Of a DNA stretch of 64,000 nucleotides, positions 51,251 through 61,633 are shown piece after piece (position 1 is the first letter of the stretch; each line of letters opens with the position of its first letter). Made by a program: the position numbers and the translations under genes. Source of the DNA: Nitrospirota bacterium. Its GTDB lineage: Bacteria > Nitrospirota > JACRHJ01. Below the pieces are notes generated by a model that was given only the letters and a program-made list of their open reading frames with translations, ran no database searches and had not been told where the DNA came from. The stretch covers positions 128,001 to 192,000 of the forward strand of contig CAWJRJ010000021.1 in assembly GCA_963845245.1 (NCBI GenBank), given 5' to 3'.

Positions 51251-52957
51251 ATGGCGGCAGGCAGGCTTGGTCAAATGCTGGTGGTTGCGAAGCTTATTAC
51301 CGAGGATCAGCTCGGTAAGGCCCTCGCCGCGCAGCAGAAAGACGGGGGTCGGCTGGGTTCAAACCTGGTCAGGCTCGGCTTTATCGACGAAGACAAGCTG
51401 ATAGGCTTCCTTAGCAAACAGTACGGCATCCCGGCCGTAAACCTCGGTGAAATCGAGATCGACCCCAGCGTCTGCAAGCTCATCCCGAGCGACGTAGTAC
51501 AAAAATACCAGATAATGCCGATAAACAGGACGGGCGCAACGATCACGATAGCGATGGTGGACCCCTCCAACGTGTTCGCGCTCGACGACGTGAAGTTCAT
51601 GACCGGCTACAACGTGGAGCCGGTAGTCGCGTCCGAGGCCGCCATAAAGGCCGCGGCGAACAAGTATTACGATACCGCCGAGGCGATGAAAGACGTCATG
51701 GCAAGCCTGAAGGAGGGCGACGCCAACCTCGACCTCATAATGGATGAGGAGGAAGAGGTCAACGTAGGCGAGCTGAAGCTGGCGGTCGAGGACGCCCCGG
51801 TCGTAAAGCTGGTCAACCTCATCCTTTCCGACGCCATCTCAAAAGGTGCCAGCGACATCCACATCGAGCCATATGAAAAATCGTTCAGGGTCCGCTACCG
51901 CATAGACGGCGTGCTCTACGAGACGATGCAGCCGCCCATGAGGCTTAAGGCCGCGCTCTGTTCCAGGATAAAGATCATGTCCGAGCTGGACATATCGGAG
52001 AGGCGTCTGCCGCAGGACGGCCGCATAAAGCTGAAGATGAAGGGCAAGGAGGTGGACCTGCGCGTTTCCACCCTCCCGACCCTCTTCGGCGAGAAGATAG
52101 TCATGAGGATACTGGACAAGGGCAACCTCCAGCTCGACCTCGCAAAGCTGGGATTCGAGGAGAAGGCCGGCAAGGACTTCTTCAAGGCCATAAACAGCCC
52201 GTACGGCATGGTGCTCGTCACCGGCCCCACCGGAAGCGGCAAGTCCACGACGCTCTACTCCGCGCTGTCAAACGTCAACAAGGTAGACGTTAACATCATG
52301 ACCGCGGAAGACCCCGTCGAGTACAACCTGAGCGGCATTAACCAGGTACAGATGAAGGAGGAGATAGGCCTGAACTTCGCCGCGACGCTGCGCTCCTTTC
52401 TTCGTCAGGACCCGGATGTCATAATGGTCGGCGAGATAAGGGACTACGAGACGGCCGAGATCGCCGTCAAGGCGGCGCTTACCGGCCACCTGGTGCTCTC
52501 CACGCTCCACACGAACGACGCCCCAGGCACGGTCAACAGGCTCCTGAACATGGGTATCGAGCCGTTCCTGGTCGCCTCCTCCTGCCTCCTGATACTAGCC
52601 CAGAGGCTGGCCAGGAAGGTATGCCAGAACTGCAAGGAGCCCGAGAAGATCCCGCCGCAGGCCCTGGTGGACATAGGCTTCACCGAGGAGGAATCCAAGG
52701 AGGTCGTCTGCTACAAGGGCAAGGGCTGCGACCTGTGCGGCGGGACAGGCTACAAGGGCAGGATAGCCCTTTACGAGGTCATGCCGATAAGCGAAAGTAT
52801 AAAGGAACTTATACTTGAAGGCGCTTCCGCCGCGGAGATAAAGAAGGCTATGCTGGCCGACGGCTGCAAGTCGCTGCGCGGGAGCGGGCTCAACAAAATA
52901 AAGATGGGCGTTTCCTCAGTCGAAGAAATATTAAGAGTAACATTCGGAGACCAATAA
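51251..52957 (+). CDS. pilB: Type IV-A pilus assembly ATPase
   Basis: MshEN-like RLGQML/RLGSNL, ASDIHIEP, GPTGSGKST, LRQDPD, TLHTND, tetracysteine motif. Confidence 0.96.
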   Translation: MAAGRLGQMLVVAKLITEDQLGKALAAQQKDGGRLGSNLVRLGFIDEDKLIGFLSKQYGIPAVNLGEIEIDPSVCKLIPSDVVQKYQIMPINRTGATITIAMVDPSNVFALDDVKFMTGYNVEPVVASEAAIKAAANKYYDTAEAMKDVMASLKEGDANLDLIMDEEEEVNVGELKLAVEDAPVVKLVNLILSDAISKGASDIHIEPYEKSFRVRYRIDGVLYETMQPPMRLKAALCSRIKIMSELDISERRLPQDGRIKLKMKGKEVDLRVSTLPTLFGEKIVMRILDKGNLQLDLAKLGFEEKAGKDFFKAINSPYGMVLVTGPTGSGKSTTLYSALSNVNKVDVNIMTAEDPVEYNLSGINQVQMKEEIGLNFAATLRSFLRQDPDVIMVGEIRDYETAEIAVKAALTGHLVLSTLHTNDAPGTVNRLLNMGIEPFLVASSCLLILAQRLARKVCQNCKEPEKIPPQALVDIGFTEEESKEVVCYKGKGCDLCGGTGYKGRIALYEVMPISESIKELILEGASAAEIKKAMLADGCKSLRGSGLNKIKMGVSSVEEILRVTFGDQ

Positions 52958-54059
52958 TGGCAAACCTTCACCAGATGCTCCAGACACTTATCGACAAAGG
53001 GGCTTCCGACCTCCACATCACCACCGGGTCGCCCCCTCAGCTAAGGATCGACGGCGAGCTTATGCCGATGAACCTGCCGCCGCTTTCAGCCGCGGAGACG
53101 AAACAGCTCTGCTACAGCATTCTCACGGACGTGCAGAAGCACAAGTTCGAGGAGAACGACGAACTGGACCTTTCGTTCGGCATAAAGGGGCTCTCCCGCT
53201 TCAGGGCCAACGTCTTCATGCAGCGCGGCGCGGTTGCGGCCGCCATCAGGACGATACCGTTCAAGATACAGAGCCTGGAGGAACTGAACCTGCCCCCGGT
53301 CGTGAGCGAGCTTGTCAACAAGCCCAGAGGGCTCATACTCGTTACAGGGCCGACCGGCAGCGGCAAGTCGACCACGCTTGCCTCGATGGTGGACAGGATA
53401 AACAGCGAACGGCACGAACACATCATGACGGTGGAAGACCCGATCGAGTTCCTCCACCAGCACAAGAAGGCGCTTGTGAACCAGCGGGAGGTCGGCGCGG
53501 ACACCAAGAGCTTCAAGCTGGCCCTTAAGTACGTCCTCAGGCAGGACCCGGACGTGGTGCTGATAGGCGAGCTCAGGGACCTTGAGACGATAGAGGCGGC
53601 CCTGACGGTCTCGGAGACCGGCCACCTTGCCCTCGCGACCCTGCACACCAACTCGGCGGTACAGACCATAAACAGGATAGTGGACGTATTCCCGCCGTAC
53701 CAGCAGCCCCAGATCAGGGCCCAGCTCTCCTTCGTACTTGAGGGGATAATGGCCCAGCAGCTTCTCCCGAAGATGAGCGGGCAGGGCAGGGTCCTGGCCA
53801 TGGAGGTGCTGGTGCCAAACCCCGCCATCAGGAACCTCATCAGGGAAGACAAGATCCACCAGATATACTCGACTATGCAGACCGGACAGTCCAAGTTCGG
53901 CATGCAGACGATGAACCAGTCGCTTCTTGACCTTGTACCAAAAGAGGATAATATCCTATGATGAGGCGCTCGGCAGAAGCCCGGTCCCGGACGAGTTCCT
54001 AACCATGGTATCGCAGGGCGCCCGGCGAGACGCCGGGTCAGCCGGTGCGGAAAAAGTAG
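52957..54059 (+). CDS. pilT: Type IV pilus retraction ATPase (indel near 53935; end approximate)
   Basis: GASDLH, GPTGSGKSTT, EDPIEF, NQREVG, AIRNLIRE, GMQTM. Confidence 0.95.
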
Positions 54060-54098
54060 GTTTGAATTGTCCTTGTCTATCTGAAAAGGAGCTGTGAA

Positions 54099-55324
54099 AT
54101 GGCGGCTACAACAACAACCTTTGCCTGGGCCGGTAAGAGCAGAGACGGCAAGCTGCAGAAGGGTGAGACGGTTGCCTCGAACAAAGACGAGGTAATGGCC
54201 CTGCTTAGAAAGCAGGGTATAATCGTTACCTCGGTCAATGCCAAGAGCAAGGGCGGCGGATTAAGTATCCCGGGGTTTGGCGGCGGGGTGTCGGACAAAG
54301 ACATCATTGTCTTCACCAGGCAGTTCGCCACCATGATAGACGCGGGCCTCCCCCTGGTGCAGTGCCTTGAGATACTCGGGAACCAGACCGATAACAAGGT
54401 GCTTGCCAAGGCAATAGGCGAGATAAGGGAAAACGTCGAGTCGGGCTCCACTTATGCCGACGCCCTTTCGAAACACCCCAAGATATTCAACGACCTTTAC
54501 GTCAACCTCGTCGCGGCAGGCGAGGTCGGCGGAATACTGGACACCATCCTCGGCCGCCTTACCGCATACATTGAAAAGAACATGAAGCTCAAAAAACAGA
54601 TAAAGTCCGCCATGGTCTACCCTGCGGTGGTTATGACGGTCGCGGTCGGCGTCATCAGCGGTCCTAATGATATTCGTCATACCCATGTTCGCCAAGATGT
54701 TCACGGACATGGGCGGCCAGCTCCCCGGGCCGACACAGATAGTAATAAGCATAAGCGACTTCATGGTGTCCAAAAAAATGCTGCTCGTGCTCGCCGCCAT
54801 CGTTGCCGTTATTGTAGGCATTAAAAAATTCTATAATACGAAAAAAGGCCGTTTGCTGATGGACTCGTGGTTTTTGAAGGCGCCGATAGTCGGCCCGCTT
54901 ATCAGGAAGATAGCGGTCTCGAAGTTCACCAGGACTCTGGGCACACTTATGGGCGCGGGCGTCCCCATCATGGACGGCCTGGAGATCGTCGCCAAGACGG
55001 CTGGAAACAAGGTGGTCGAAAACACCGTCATGGCTACGAGGTCCAGCATCAGCGAGGGCAAGACCCTTTCCGAACCGCTTTTGCAGTCGGGTGTCTTTCC
55101 CGCCGATGGTGACCCAGATGATATCCGTCGGCGAGACCACCGGCGCGCTTGACGCCATGCTCTCGAAAATTGCCGACTTCTACGACGACGAGGTGGACAC
55201 AGCCGTCGACGCCATGACGGCGGCGCTTGAGCCCGCCCTTATGGTCTTCCTCGGTATCGGCGTCGGCTTCATTATCATCGCGATGTACCTCCCTATATTC
55301 AAGCTAGCAAGCGTCGTCGGATGA
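54099..55324 (+). CDS. pilC: Type IV pilus platform protein (indels near 54660 and 55100)
   Basis: FTRQFATMIDAGLPLVQCL, AGEVGGILD, GETTGALD.ML, AMYLPIF. Confidence 0.93.
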
Positions 55325-55345
55325 CGGGACGCGGCATAAGGCAGG

Positions 55346-56964
55346 ATGAAAACCCAGGAGATCAGGTACAAGGTCCGGTTGCTGATGATCCTGAGGGTGA
55401 CGGTCATCACCCTCCTCCTGGGGTCCCTGGCCGTCCTGCAGTTCCACCAGAACCGCCAGCTTACCCCGGCGGTCTACTTCATAATCGCCGCCACCTATTT
55501 CCTTACCATAGTCTACGCCCTTGTCTACAACAGCATAAAAGACGTGTCGGTCTTTGCCTACGTCCAGATCTTCGGGGACGTGCTGCTGGCGACAGCGGTC
55601 GTCTACAGCACGGGCGGGCTTGACAGCCCCTTCTCGTTCACCTACCTCTTCTCCATTATCGCAGCCGGGCTTATCCTGCCAAGGATGGGCAGCATTATCT
55701 TTGCCTCGCTGTCCGGTGTAGCCTACGGCGTGCTGGTAGGGATGCAATACTATGGCGCGATACTCTCCTTGCCTGCCAGGACATACAGCGTAAGCGAGCT
55801 TGTCTACAACATATTCCTGACTATCGTGCCGTTCTACCCGGTCGGCTTCCTTGTCAGCAGACTCTCCGACAGGCTGAAGCTTACCAAGGAGAAACTCGAA
55901 GAGAAGAGTATCGACCTCCAGGAACTTCAGGCGCTGAACGAAAGCATCGTCAGGAGCATGGCCGACGGCATGATGACCGTCGGCCTGGACGGAAGGATCA
56001 CCGGTTTCAACAAGGCGGCTGAAGAGATAACCGGCAGGCCGGCGTCCGAGGTCGTGGGCATGCTCGTTCTCGGAGGTTTTCAACTGGCTGGGGATCGAGA
56101 CGTTCTTCGACGACATAGAGGCGGCCGGCAAGCTTCCCTACCGGTACGACCTGAAGTTCGACGGCCCCGGCAAAGAACTGACACTCGGCGTCACCCTCTC
56201 GTCGCTGAGGAACGAGAAAGGCGAGATCAAGGGGTTGCTGGGCATCTTCCAGGACCTGACGCCCATGAAGGAGATGGAGGAGGAGATCAAGAAGAAGGAC
56301 CGCCTCGCGGCGATCGGCGAACTCTCCGCCGGCATGGCGCATGAGATAAGGAACCCGCTGGCCTCGCTTTCCGGCTCCCTGCAGGTATTGAAGGAGGACC
56401 TCCATCTTTCCGAGGACAACAGCCACCTGATGGAGATAGCCCTCAACGAGATGGACAGGCTGAACAACATCGTCACCCAGTTCCTGTCCTATGCCAGGCC
56501 CACCACCCCTTCCAAGGAACTTTGCGACATCACATCGATAGTCAGGGATACGGTCGGACCTTATAACCAACAGCAGGGATTTCGGGGAAGGCATAAGCCT
56601 GAAGACCGAGCTTCCGGAGACCCAGCTTATCATGTGGGCCGACCCGGGCCAGATGAGGCAGATATTGTATAACCTTGCTATAAACGCGCTCCAGTCGTTG
56701 CAGGATGCCGGTACGATCATCATCAAGGTGTTCGCCAGGGGAGAGGATATGATCATAGAGGTGCAGGACGACGGGGAGGGGATACAGGAGGAGGACATCA
56801 ACAAGATATTTTATCCGTTCTTCTCCACAAAAACGGGCGGCTCAGGGCTTGGGCTCGCCATAGTTTACAGGATAGTTGAAGACCATGGGGGGACTATAAG
56901 AGTGCAAAGCGGGCCAGGGACCGGGACGAGGTTTACCCTTTCCATCCCGTCGGGGGTGTATTGA
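55346..56964 (+). CDS. pilS: Two-component sensor kinase PilS (indels)
   Basis: Multi-TM with TGGLDSPF, PAS, AHEIRNPL, NLAINA, PFFSTK.GGSGLGL; synteny. Confidence 0.88.
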
Positions 56965-58328
56965 TGGGCAGGATACTGATAGTAGACGACGAAAAGAGCA
57001 TGCGCGAGCTGCTCACCATAATGCTCAGGAAAGACGGCCATGAGACCGTTATGGCCGAGGACGGCCAAAAGGCGATCAAGCTTATAAAAGAGGATATCTT
57101 CGACCTCGTGATCACCGACGTCAAGATGCCGAAGGTCGGCGGGATCGAAGTGCTCAAGGCGGTCAAGGAGGCGTCTCCCGACACGGTGGTGATAATGATA
57201 ACGGCCTTCGCCACAGCCGAGACGGCCGTCGAGGCCATGAAGGAGGGCGCCTACGACTACATAACCTGAAGCCCTTCAAGGTGGACGAGATAAAGCTCGT
57301 CTTCAGGAACGCCCTGGAGAAGAGAAGGCTCGATGGCGGAGAACGTCCTGCTGAGGCGGGAGGTCGAGGCCGAGAAGGGCTTCGAAAACTTCGTCGGCAG
57401 GTCCCCCGTTATGATCAAGGTGTTCGACCTGATATCGAAGGTAGCGGACAAGCGCAGCACCGTCCTTATAACAGGCGAGTCGGGCACGGGCAAGGAACTG
57501 GCCGCAAGGGCTATACACAACCTGGGCGGGAGGAGGGACAGGCCGTTCGTGTACATCCACTGCGGCGCCCTGCCCGAGCAGCTCCTGGAGTCCGAGCTCT
57601 TCGGACACGTCAAGGGCTCCTTCACCGGGGCGGTGGACAACAAGCAGGGGCTCTTCGAGGTGGCCGAGGGGGGCACCGTCTTCCTGGACGAGATAAGCGA
57701 GACGACGCCGGCCTTCCAGGTTAAGCTCCTGCACGTATTGCAGGAAAGGGAGTTCAAGAGGGTGGGCGGGACGACTGACATAAAGGTGGACGTGCGGGTC
57801 GTCGCCGCGACGAACAGGGACCTGCAGAAGGAGATAGAGGCCGGGAATTTCAGGGAGGACCTCTACTACAGGCTGAACGTCATACCTCTTACCATGCCGC
57901 CGCTCAGGGACAGAAAGGATGACATCCCCCTCCTGGTGGATTATTTCCTGGGAAAATTCAAAAGGGCGGGCGTGGCCGATAAGATGTCGTCTGAGGCCAT
58001 GAACTTGTTGATGGGGTACTCATGGCCGGGCAACGTGAGGGAGCTTGCAAACATCATAGAACGGGCGTGCGCGCTGTCTGAGGGGGGGCTCATAACATCG
58101 GAACACCTCCCTGCCGAGATGTCCGGCCGCTGCAAAGAAATGCGCTTGTCCATGGGAGATATACCCGGCGAGGGTATGGACCTGGAGCGCCTTTTAGACG
58201 ACATGGAGAAGGATTACCTCCTGAAGGCGCTGTCCAGGACAGGTGGCGCCAAGATGGAGGCCGCGAGGCTTCTAGGCCTTAGTTTCCCCTCGTTCAGGCA
58301 CAGGCTGAAGAAATACGGTATCGAGTGA
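56964..58328 (+). CDS. pilR: Sigma54-dependent response regulator PilR (indels near 57265 and 57330)
   Basis: Receiver domain, [41 protein letters not shown]. Confidence 0.9.
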
Positions 58329-58341
58329 TGAAACCCATCAC
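58325..58341. promoter_or_regulatory. Palindromic GTGATG-N5-CATCAC box (putative PilR enhancer site)
   Basis: Repeated at 59030-59046 and 60593-60609. Confidence 0.6.
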
Positions 58342-58447
58342 TCGATGCGCAGTCCCGCAATCACCGGCAGTAAACACCATTATGTGATATTGAATAATAT
58401 GCTATAGATACAACATGATATCATAATTAACTGTGTTACTGGTTGTT

Positions 58448-58463
58448 AGGTGCACATATTGCA
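58448..58463 (+). promoter_or_regulatory. Degenerate sigma54 promoter (pilin 1)
   Basis: AGGTGC-ACATA-TTGCA with correct GG/GC spacing. Confidence 0.5.
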
Positions 58464-58551
58464 TGTATAATTATATCCAGAATAGTATCTGCACCGGTAT
58501 CTAGTATGCCCGATGCATGCCGATAATGCCGATAATACGAGGTTAAGTCTG

Positions 58552-59022
58552 ATGGCAGGTCTGGCCAGACGGGTCCTGAGAAGCGGCAAGGGCTTCACGC
58601 TTATCGAGCTGATGATAGTGGTCGCCATCATAGGCATCCTGGCCGCCATCGCCATCCCGAACTTCCTCAAATACCAGGCCAAGTCAAAGCAGACCGAGGC
58701 GAAGGCGAACGTTGCCTCGATCTACACAAATGCCGAGACCTGGTATGCGGAGCATGACACCTTCAGCCTCGCAGGACATGCGGTAGCCGACCTTAATTGG
58801 ATACCCATCAGCCGGACACGCTATGACTACTACTATGACGCGACCTTGTTGCGTGCCCATGTGCTCCCCGCAGGCGGAGGTCCAATGCCCGCCACCGCCG
58901 TGCATTCTACTCCAAGTACATTCGTGGCAGTCGCATCGGGCGACATCGGGCAAGGCGCTGGCACGGACCAGTGGACCATCGACCAGAGCAGGAACGTTAT
59001 AAACCTCCCCGTCGGCTATTAA
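58552..59022 (+). CDS. pilA: Type IV pilin 1 (alternative in-frame start at 58513)
   Basis: [25 protein letters not shown] prepilin motif. Confidence 0.9.
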   Translation: MAGLARRVLRSGKGFTLIELMIVVAIIGILAAIAIPNFLKYQAKSKQTEAKANVASIYTNAETWYAEHDTFSLAGHAVADLNWIPISRTRYDYYYDATLLRAHVLPAGGGPMPATAVHSTPSTFVAVASGDIGQGAGTDQWTIDQSRNVINLPVGY

Positions 59023-59175
59023 CCGGCAAGTGATGGTTTTCATCACCGACAAGACGTAAATCATCACCCATCAGGTCGATATCGCCGGTATGTTACTTAT
59101 TGCAGTACGGCATCCCTGAACCAAAACACTCGCAAAAACCGGACTTTACTAATATCGGGTGGCTTCGGCCCAGGC

Positions 59176-59191
59176 TGGCACATATATTGCT
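59176..59191 (+). promoter_or_regulatory. Canonical sigma54 -24/-12 promoter (pilin 2)
   Basis: TGGCAC-ATATA-TTGCT. Confidence 0.88.
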
Positions 59192-59324
59192 ACTATTTAA
59201 AGCAGAAGCGAAATATAATAATTAGCCCAGAAGAAGGGGGGGATGGTAAAAAGGGTCAGGCGACCGAACAAAGGGCAAAACATTAATAGTCTAACGCAGG
59301 TCAAAACACGAAAGGGACAACAAA

Positions 59325-59870
59325 ATGTTCAAGATGTTAAACAACAAAAAAGGCTTTACGCTCATCGAGCTCATGATCGTCGTCGCCATCATAGGCATCT
59401 TGGCTGCCATAGCCATACCGAACTTCCTCAAGTACCAGGCGAAGTCGAAGACGTCTGAGGCCAAGGTCAACTTGAAGGCCATATTCACCAGCGAGCAGTC
59501 GTACTACGCAGAGAAAAACATATATGACACCCTGACCCTGGTCAACTACGTGCCTGCAGGCGGCTGGCAGGCGGTCAAGTACTACGATTTCAGTGATATC
59601 GTCGCCGGCACGGGTGTATATGGTGCAGGCTTGACTTCGCCAGAAGTAGGTGCCGTTCTTAACCCGTATGCCCTTCCTTCTAACGGCTGGGGTGGACCGG
59701 ATGCCGGCGTTACCTCCAACGGCCCTTGCGGCATAATTGCGCCTGCGGCGGGTGTCCCGGCCTCCTTCGTGGTCAGGGCCTGGGGTACGATTACCTCCGG
59801 CGCCGGGAAAGACGACTGCTGGAGCATCAACGACCAGAACAACCTCGTGAACGAGCAGAACGGCGTCTAA
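59325..59870 (+). CDS. pilA: Type IV pilin 2 (probable major pilin)
   Basis: [28 protein letters not shown]-terminal Cys pair, own canonical sigma54 promoter and terminator. Confidence 0.93.
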   Translation: MFKMLNNKKGFTLIELMIVVAIIGILAAIAIPNFLKYQAKSKTSEAKVNLKAIFTSEQSYYAEKNIYDTLTLVNYVPAGGWQAVKYYDFSDIVAGTGVYGAGLTSPEVGAVLNPYALPSNGWGGPDAGVTSNGPCGIIAPAAGVPASFVVRAWGTITSGAGKDDCWSINDQNNLVNEQNGV

Positions 59871-59896
59871 TCAAGCCGGATATCTGCATTGTTAGT

Positions 59897-59932
59897 AACC
59901 GGGGGCATGGTGACATGCCCCCGGTTTTTTGT
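59897..59932 (+). terminator. Intrinsic terminator (duplicated at 60650)
   Basis: AACCGGGGGCATG-GTGA-CATGCCCCCGGTTTTTT. Confidence 0.88.
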
Positions 59933-60110
59933 CCATGTGTTCCTTCGTGCAGCATAAACCTGAGCGGCTCGGTTTTTGGTCTTGACTTTCCCCTCATATC
60001 GGCATAAGTTGTAAAAAAAAGCATGCTTGAGTGTTTTTAGCATGGATTTTGCTTATAGTTGGTCTAATCGTTAATTTTTTTTAATCTTATGCAAGAAATG
60101 AGGGGCAATA

Positions 60111-60596
60111 ATGGGAAGGGTTTTTAACGATAAGGGGTTCACGCTGATAGAGCTTATGCTGGTGGTTGCGATAATCGGAGTGTTGTCCTCGATAGCAATA
60201 CCAAACTTCTTGGACTTCAGGTCCAAGGCAAGGCAGGCGGAGGCCACCTCGAACCTTGGCGCGATCTTCACCGACGAGCAGTCGTATTTCGCCATGAAAG
60301 ATACGTTTTCCGACGACCTTATATTGATCGGCACTGGAGTTACAGGCAGTTACAAGCGCTACGACTTTACGGCAAACGAGACTTTTGCGCCAGGCAAATG
60401 GGTTGGGCTGTCCGGGATTCCCGGAAACGGGCCGCCTGTCGGCACCGTTATCAATCTGGACGTAGCGCCATATGCGACCAATATTGGCTTTGTCGCCATC
60501 GCGGTAGGCGATATAGACGGAGACGGGATCTACGACACCTATAGCATCAATAACAATGGCAGGCTCCACAACGACTACAGTGACATTCTTCATTGA
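60111..60596 (+). CDS. pilA: Type IV pilin 3
   Basis: [27 protein letters not shown]-terminal GDIDGDGIYDTYSI. Confidence 0.9.
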   Translation: MGRVFNDKGFTLIELMLVVAIIGVLSSIAIPNFLDFRSKARQAEATSNLGAIFTDEQSYFAMKDTFSDDLILIGTGVTGSYKRYDFTANETFAPGKWVGLSGIPGNGPPVGTVINLDVAPYATNIGFVAIAVGDIDGDGIYDTYSINNNGRLHNDYSDILH

Positions 60597-60649
60597 TGAA
60601 AATCATCACCTGTAGCTGATGGAAATGGTATCCTTCCGGATGTTGATAA

Positions 60650-60682
60650 CGGGGGCATGGCGACATGCCCCCGGTTTTTTGT
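60650..60682 (+). terminator. Intrinsic terminator (copy of 59900)
   Basis: CGGGGGCATG-GCGA-CATGCCCCCGGTTTTTT. Confidence 0.85.
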
Positions 60683-60763
60683 TTATGCGTTCCCTCTTGG
60701 CAAGTGACGGATATTGTAGTATAATCCCCCCAAATATTACTGGATATCAGGAGGCCGCATAAA

Positions 60764-61633
60764 TTGAAGCCAGGCGCCTACGCCGTCATTTTCCTTTTGT
60801 TTCTCTCCGCCGGGGCGGCGTTGTACACCGTGCAGCTCAGGCTGGACGCAAGCAGGGGCGAAAGGAAGACGGCCGAGGAGTTCATGTACCTGCCCGGCGC
60901 TCAGTACCTCAAGGTGGCCTCGCTCGGTTACGAGCAGGTCCTGGCAGACCTCTTGTGGCTTCAGACCATACAGCACCTCGGGGAAAGGAATATATCCGGG
61001 GCCGGATACGACTGGATTTACAAGGCTCTTGATACCGTTACCACGCTGGACCCGAAATTCCTGATGCCCTATGCAGCGGGCAGCCTGTCCCTCACCATAG
61101 AGGCGGGGAAGGTGGACCTTTCGATCAAGCTGCTCAAAAAAGGCGTCGAAAACATCCCGGATAACTGGCAATTGCCGTTCTATCTGGGATTCAATTACTT
61201 TTTTTATTCAAAAGACTATAAATCGGCGGCAAAGTACATTGAGATGGCCGCGTCCAAGCCCGGCAGCCCGCCCTACCTTCCGGCGCTCGCCTCGCGGCTG
61301 TACGTGGAGGCCGAAGACCCGGCCTACGCCCTGCAGTTCCTCCTGAGGATGTACGAGAACACCAAAGACGAGAAGATGCGCGAAAGCCTCTTAACGCGCA
61401 TCAATCTCCTGAAGGCGGCCGTGGACGTCAAGGTGTTGCAGGAGACCGTGGACCTCTATATCAAGAAGACGGGCAGGAAACCTTCCGGCCTTGACGAACT
61501 TGTGTCTGCGGGTTTCTTAAAGGGCATACCCGAGGAGCCGAACGGCGGTTACTACTATATCGGCGATGACGGCAAGGTCCACAGCAGCAAACTTAACGTA
61601 GAGCTGGGCATCTATACCAGGGGAGGGCGATAA
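60764..61633 (+). CDS. Pilin-locus TPR/membrane-anchored accessory protein
   Basis: N-terminal TM, LADLLWLQTIQH, TTLDPKF, WQLPFYLGFNYFF, C-terminal GspG-like PSGLDELV..G..IPEEP.GG.Y. Confidence 0.7.
   Translation: MKPGAYAVIFLLFLSAGAALYTVQLRLDASRGERKTAEEFMYLPGAQYLKVASLGYEQVLADLLWLQTIQHLGERNISGAGYDWIYKALDTVTTLDPKFLMPYAAGSLSLTIEAGKVDLSIKLLKKGVENIPDNWQLPFYLGFNYFFYSKDYKSAAKYIEMAASKPGSPPYLPALASRLYVEAEDPAYALQFLLRMYENTKDEKMRESLLTRINLLKAAVDVKVLQETVDLYIKKTGRKPSGLDELVSAGFLKGIPEEPNGGYYYIGDDGKVHSSKLNVELGIYTRGGR

Noticed and set aside
57267..57269. In-frame TGA in pilR as selenocysteine or programmed readthrough
   Set aside because: The conserved KPF motif resumes in a different frame; an indel artefact explains it
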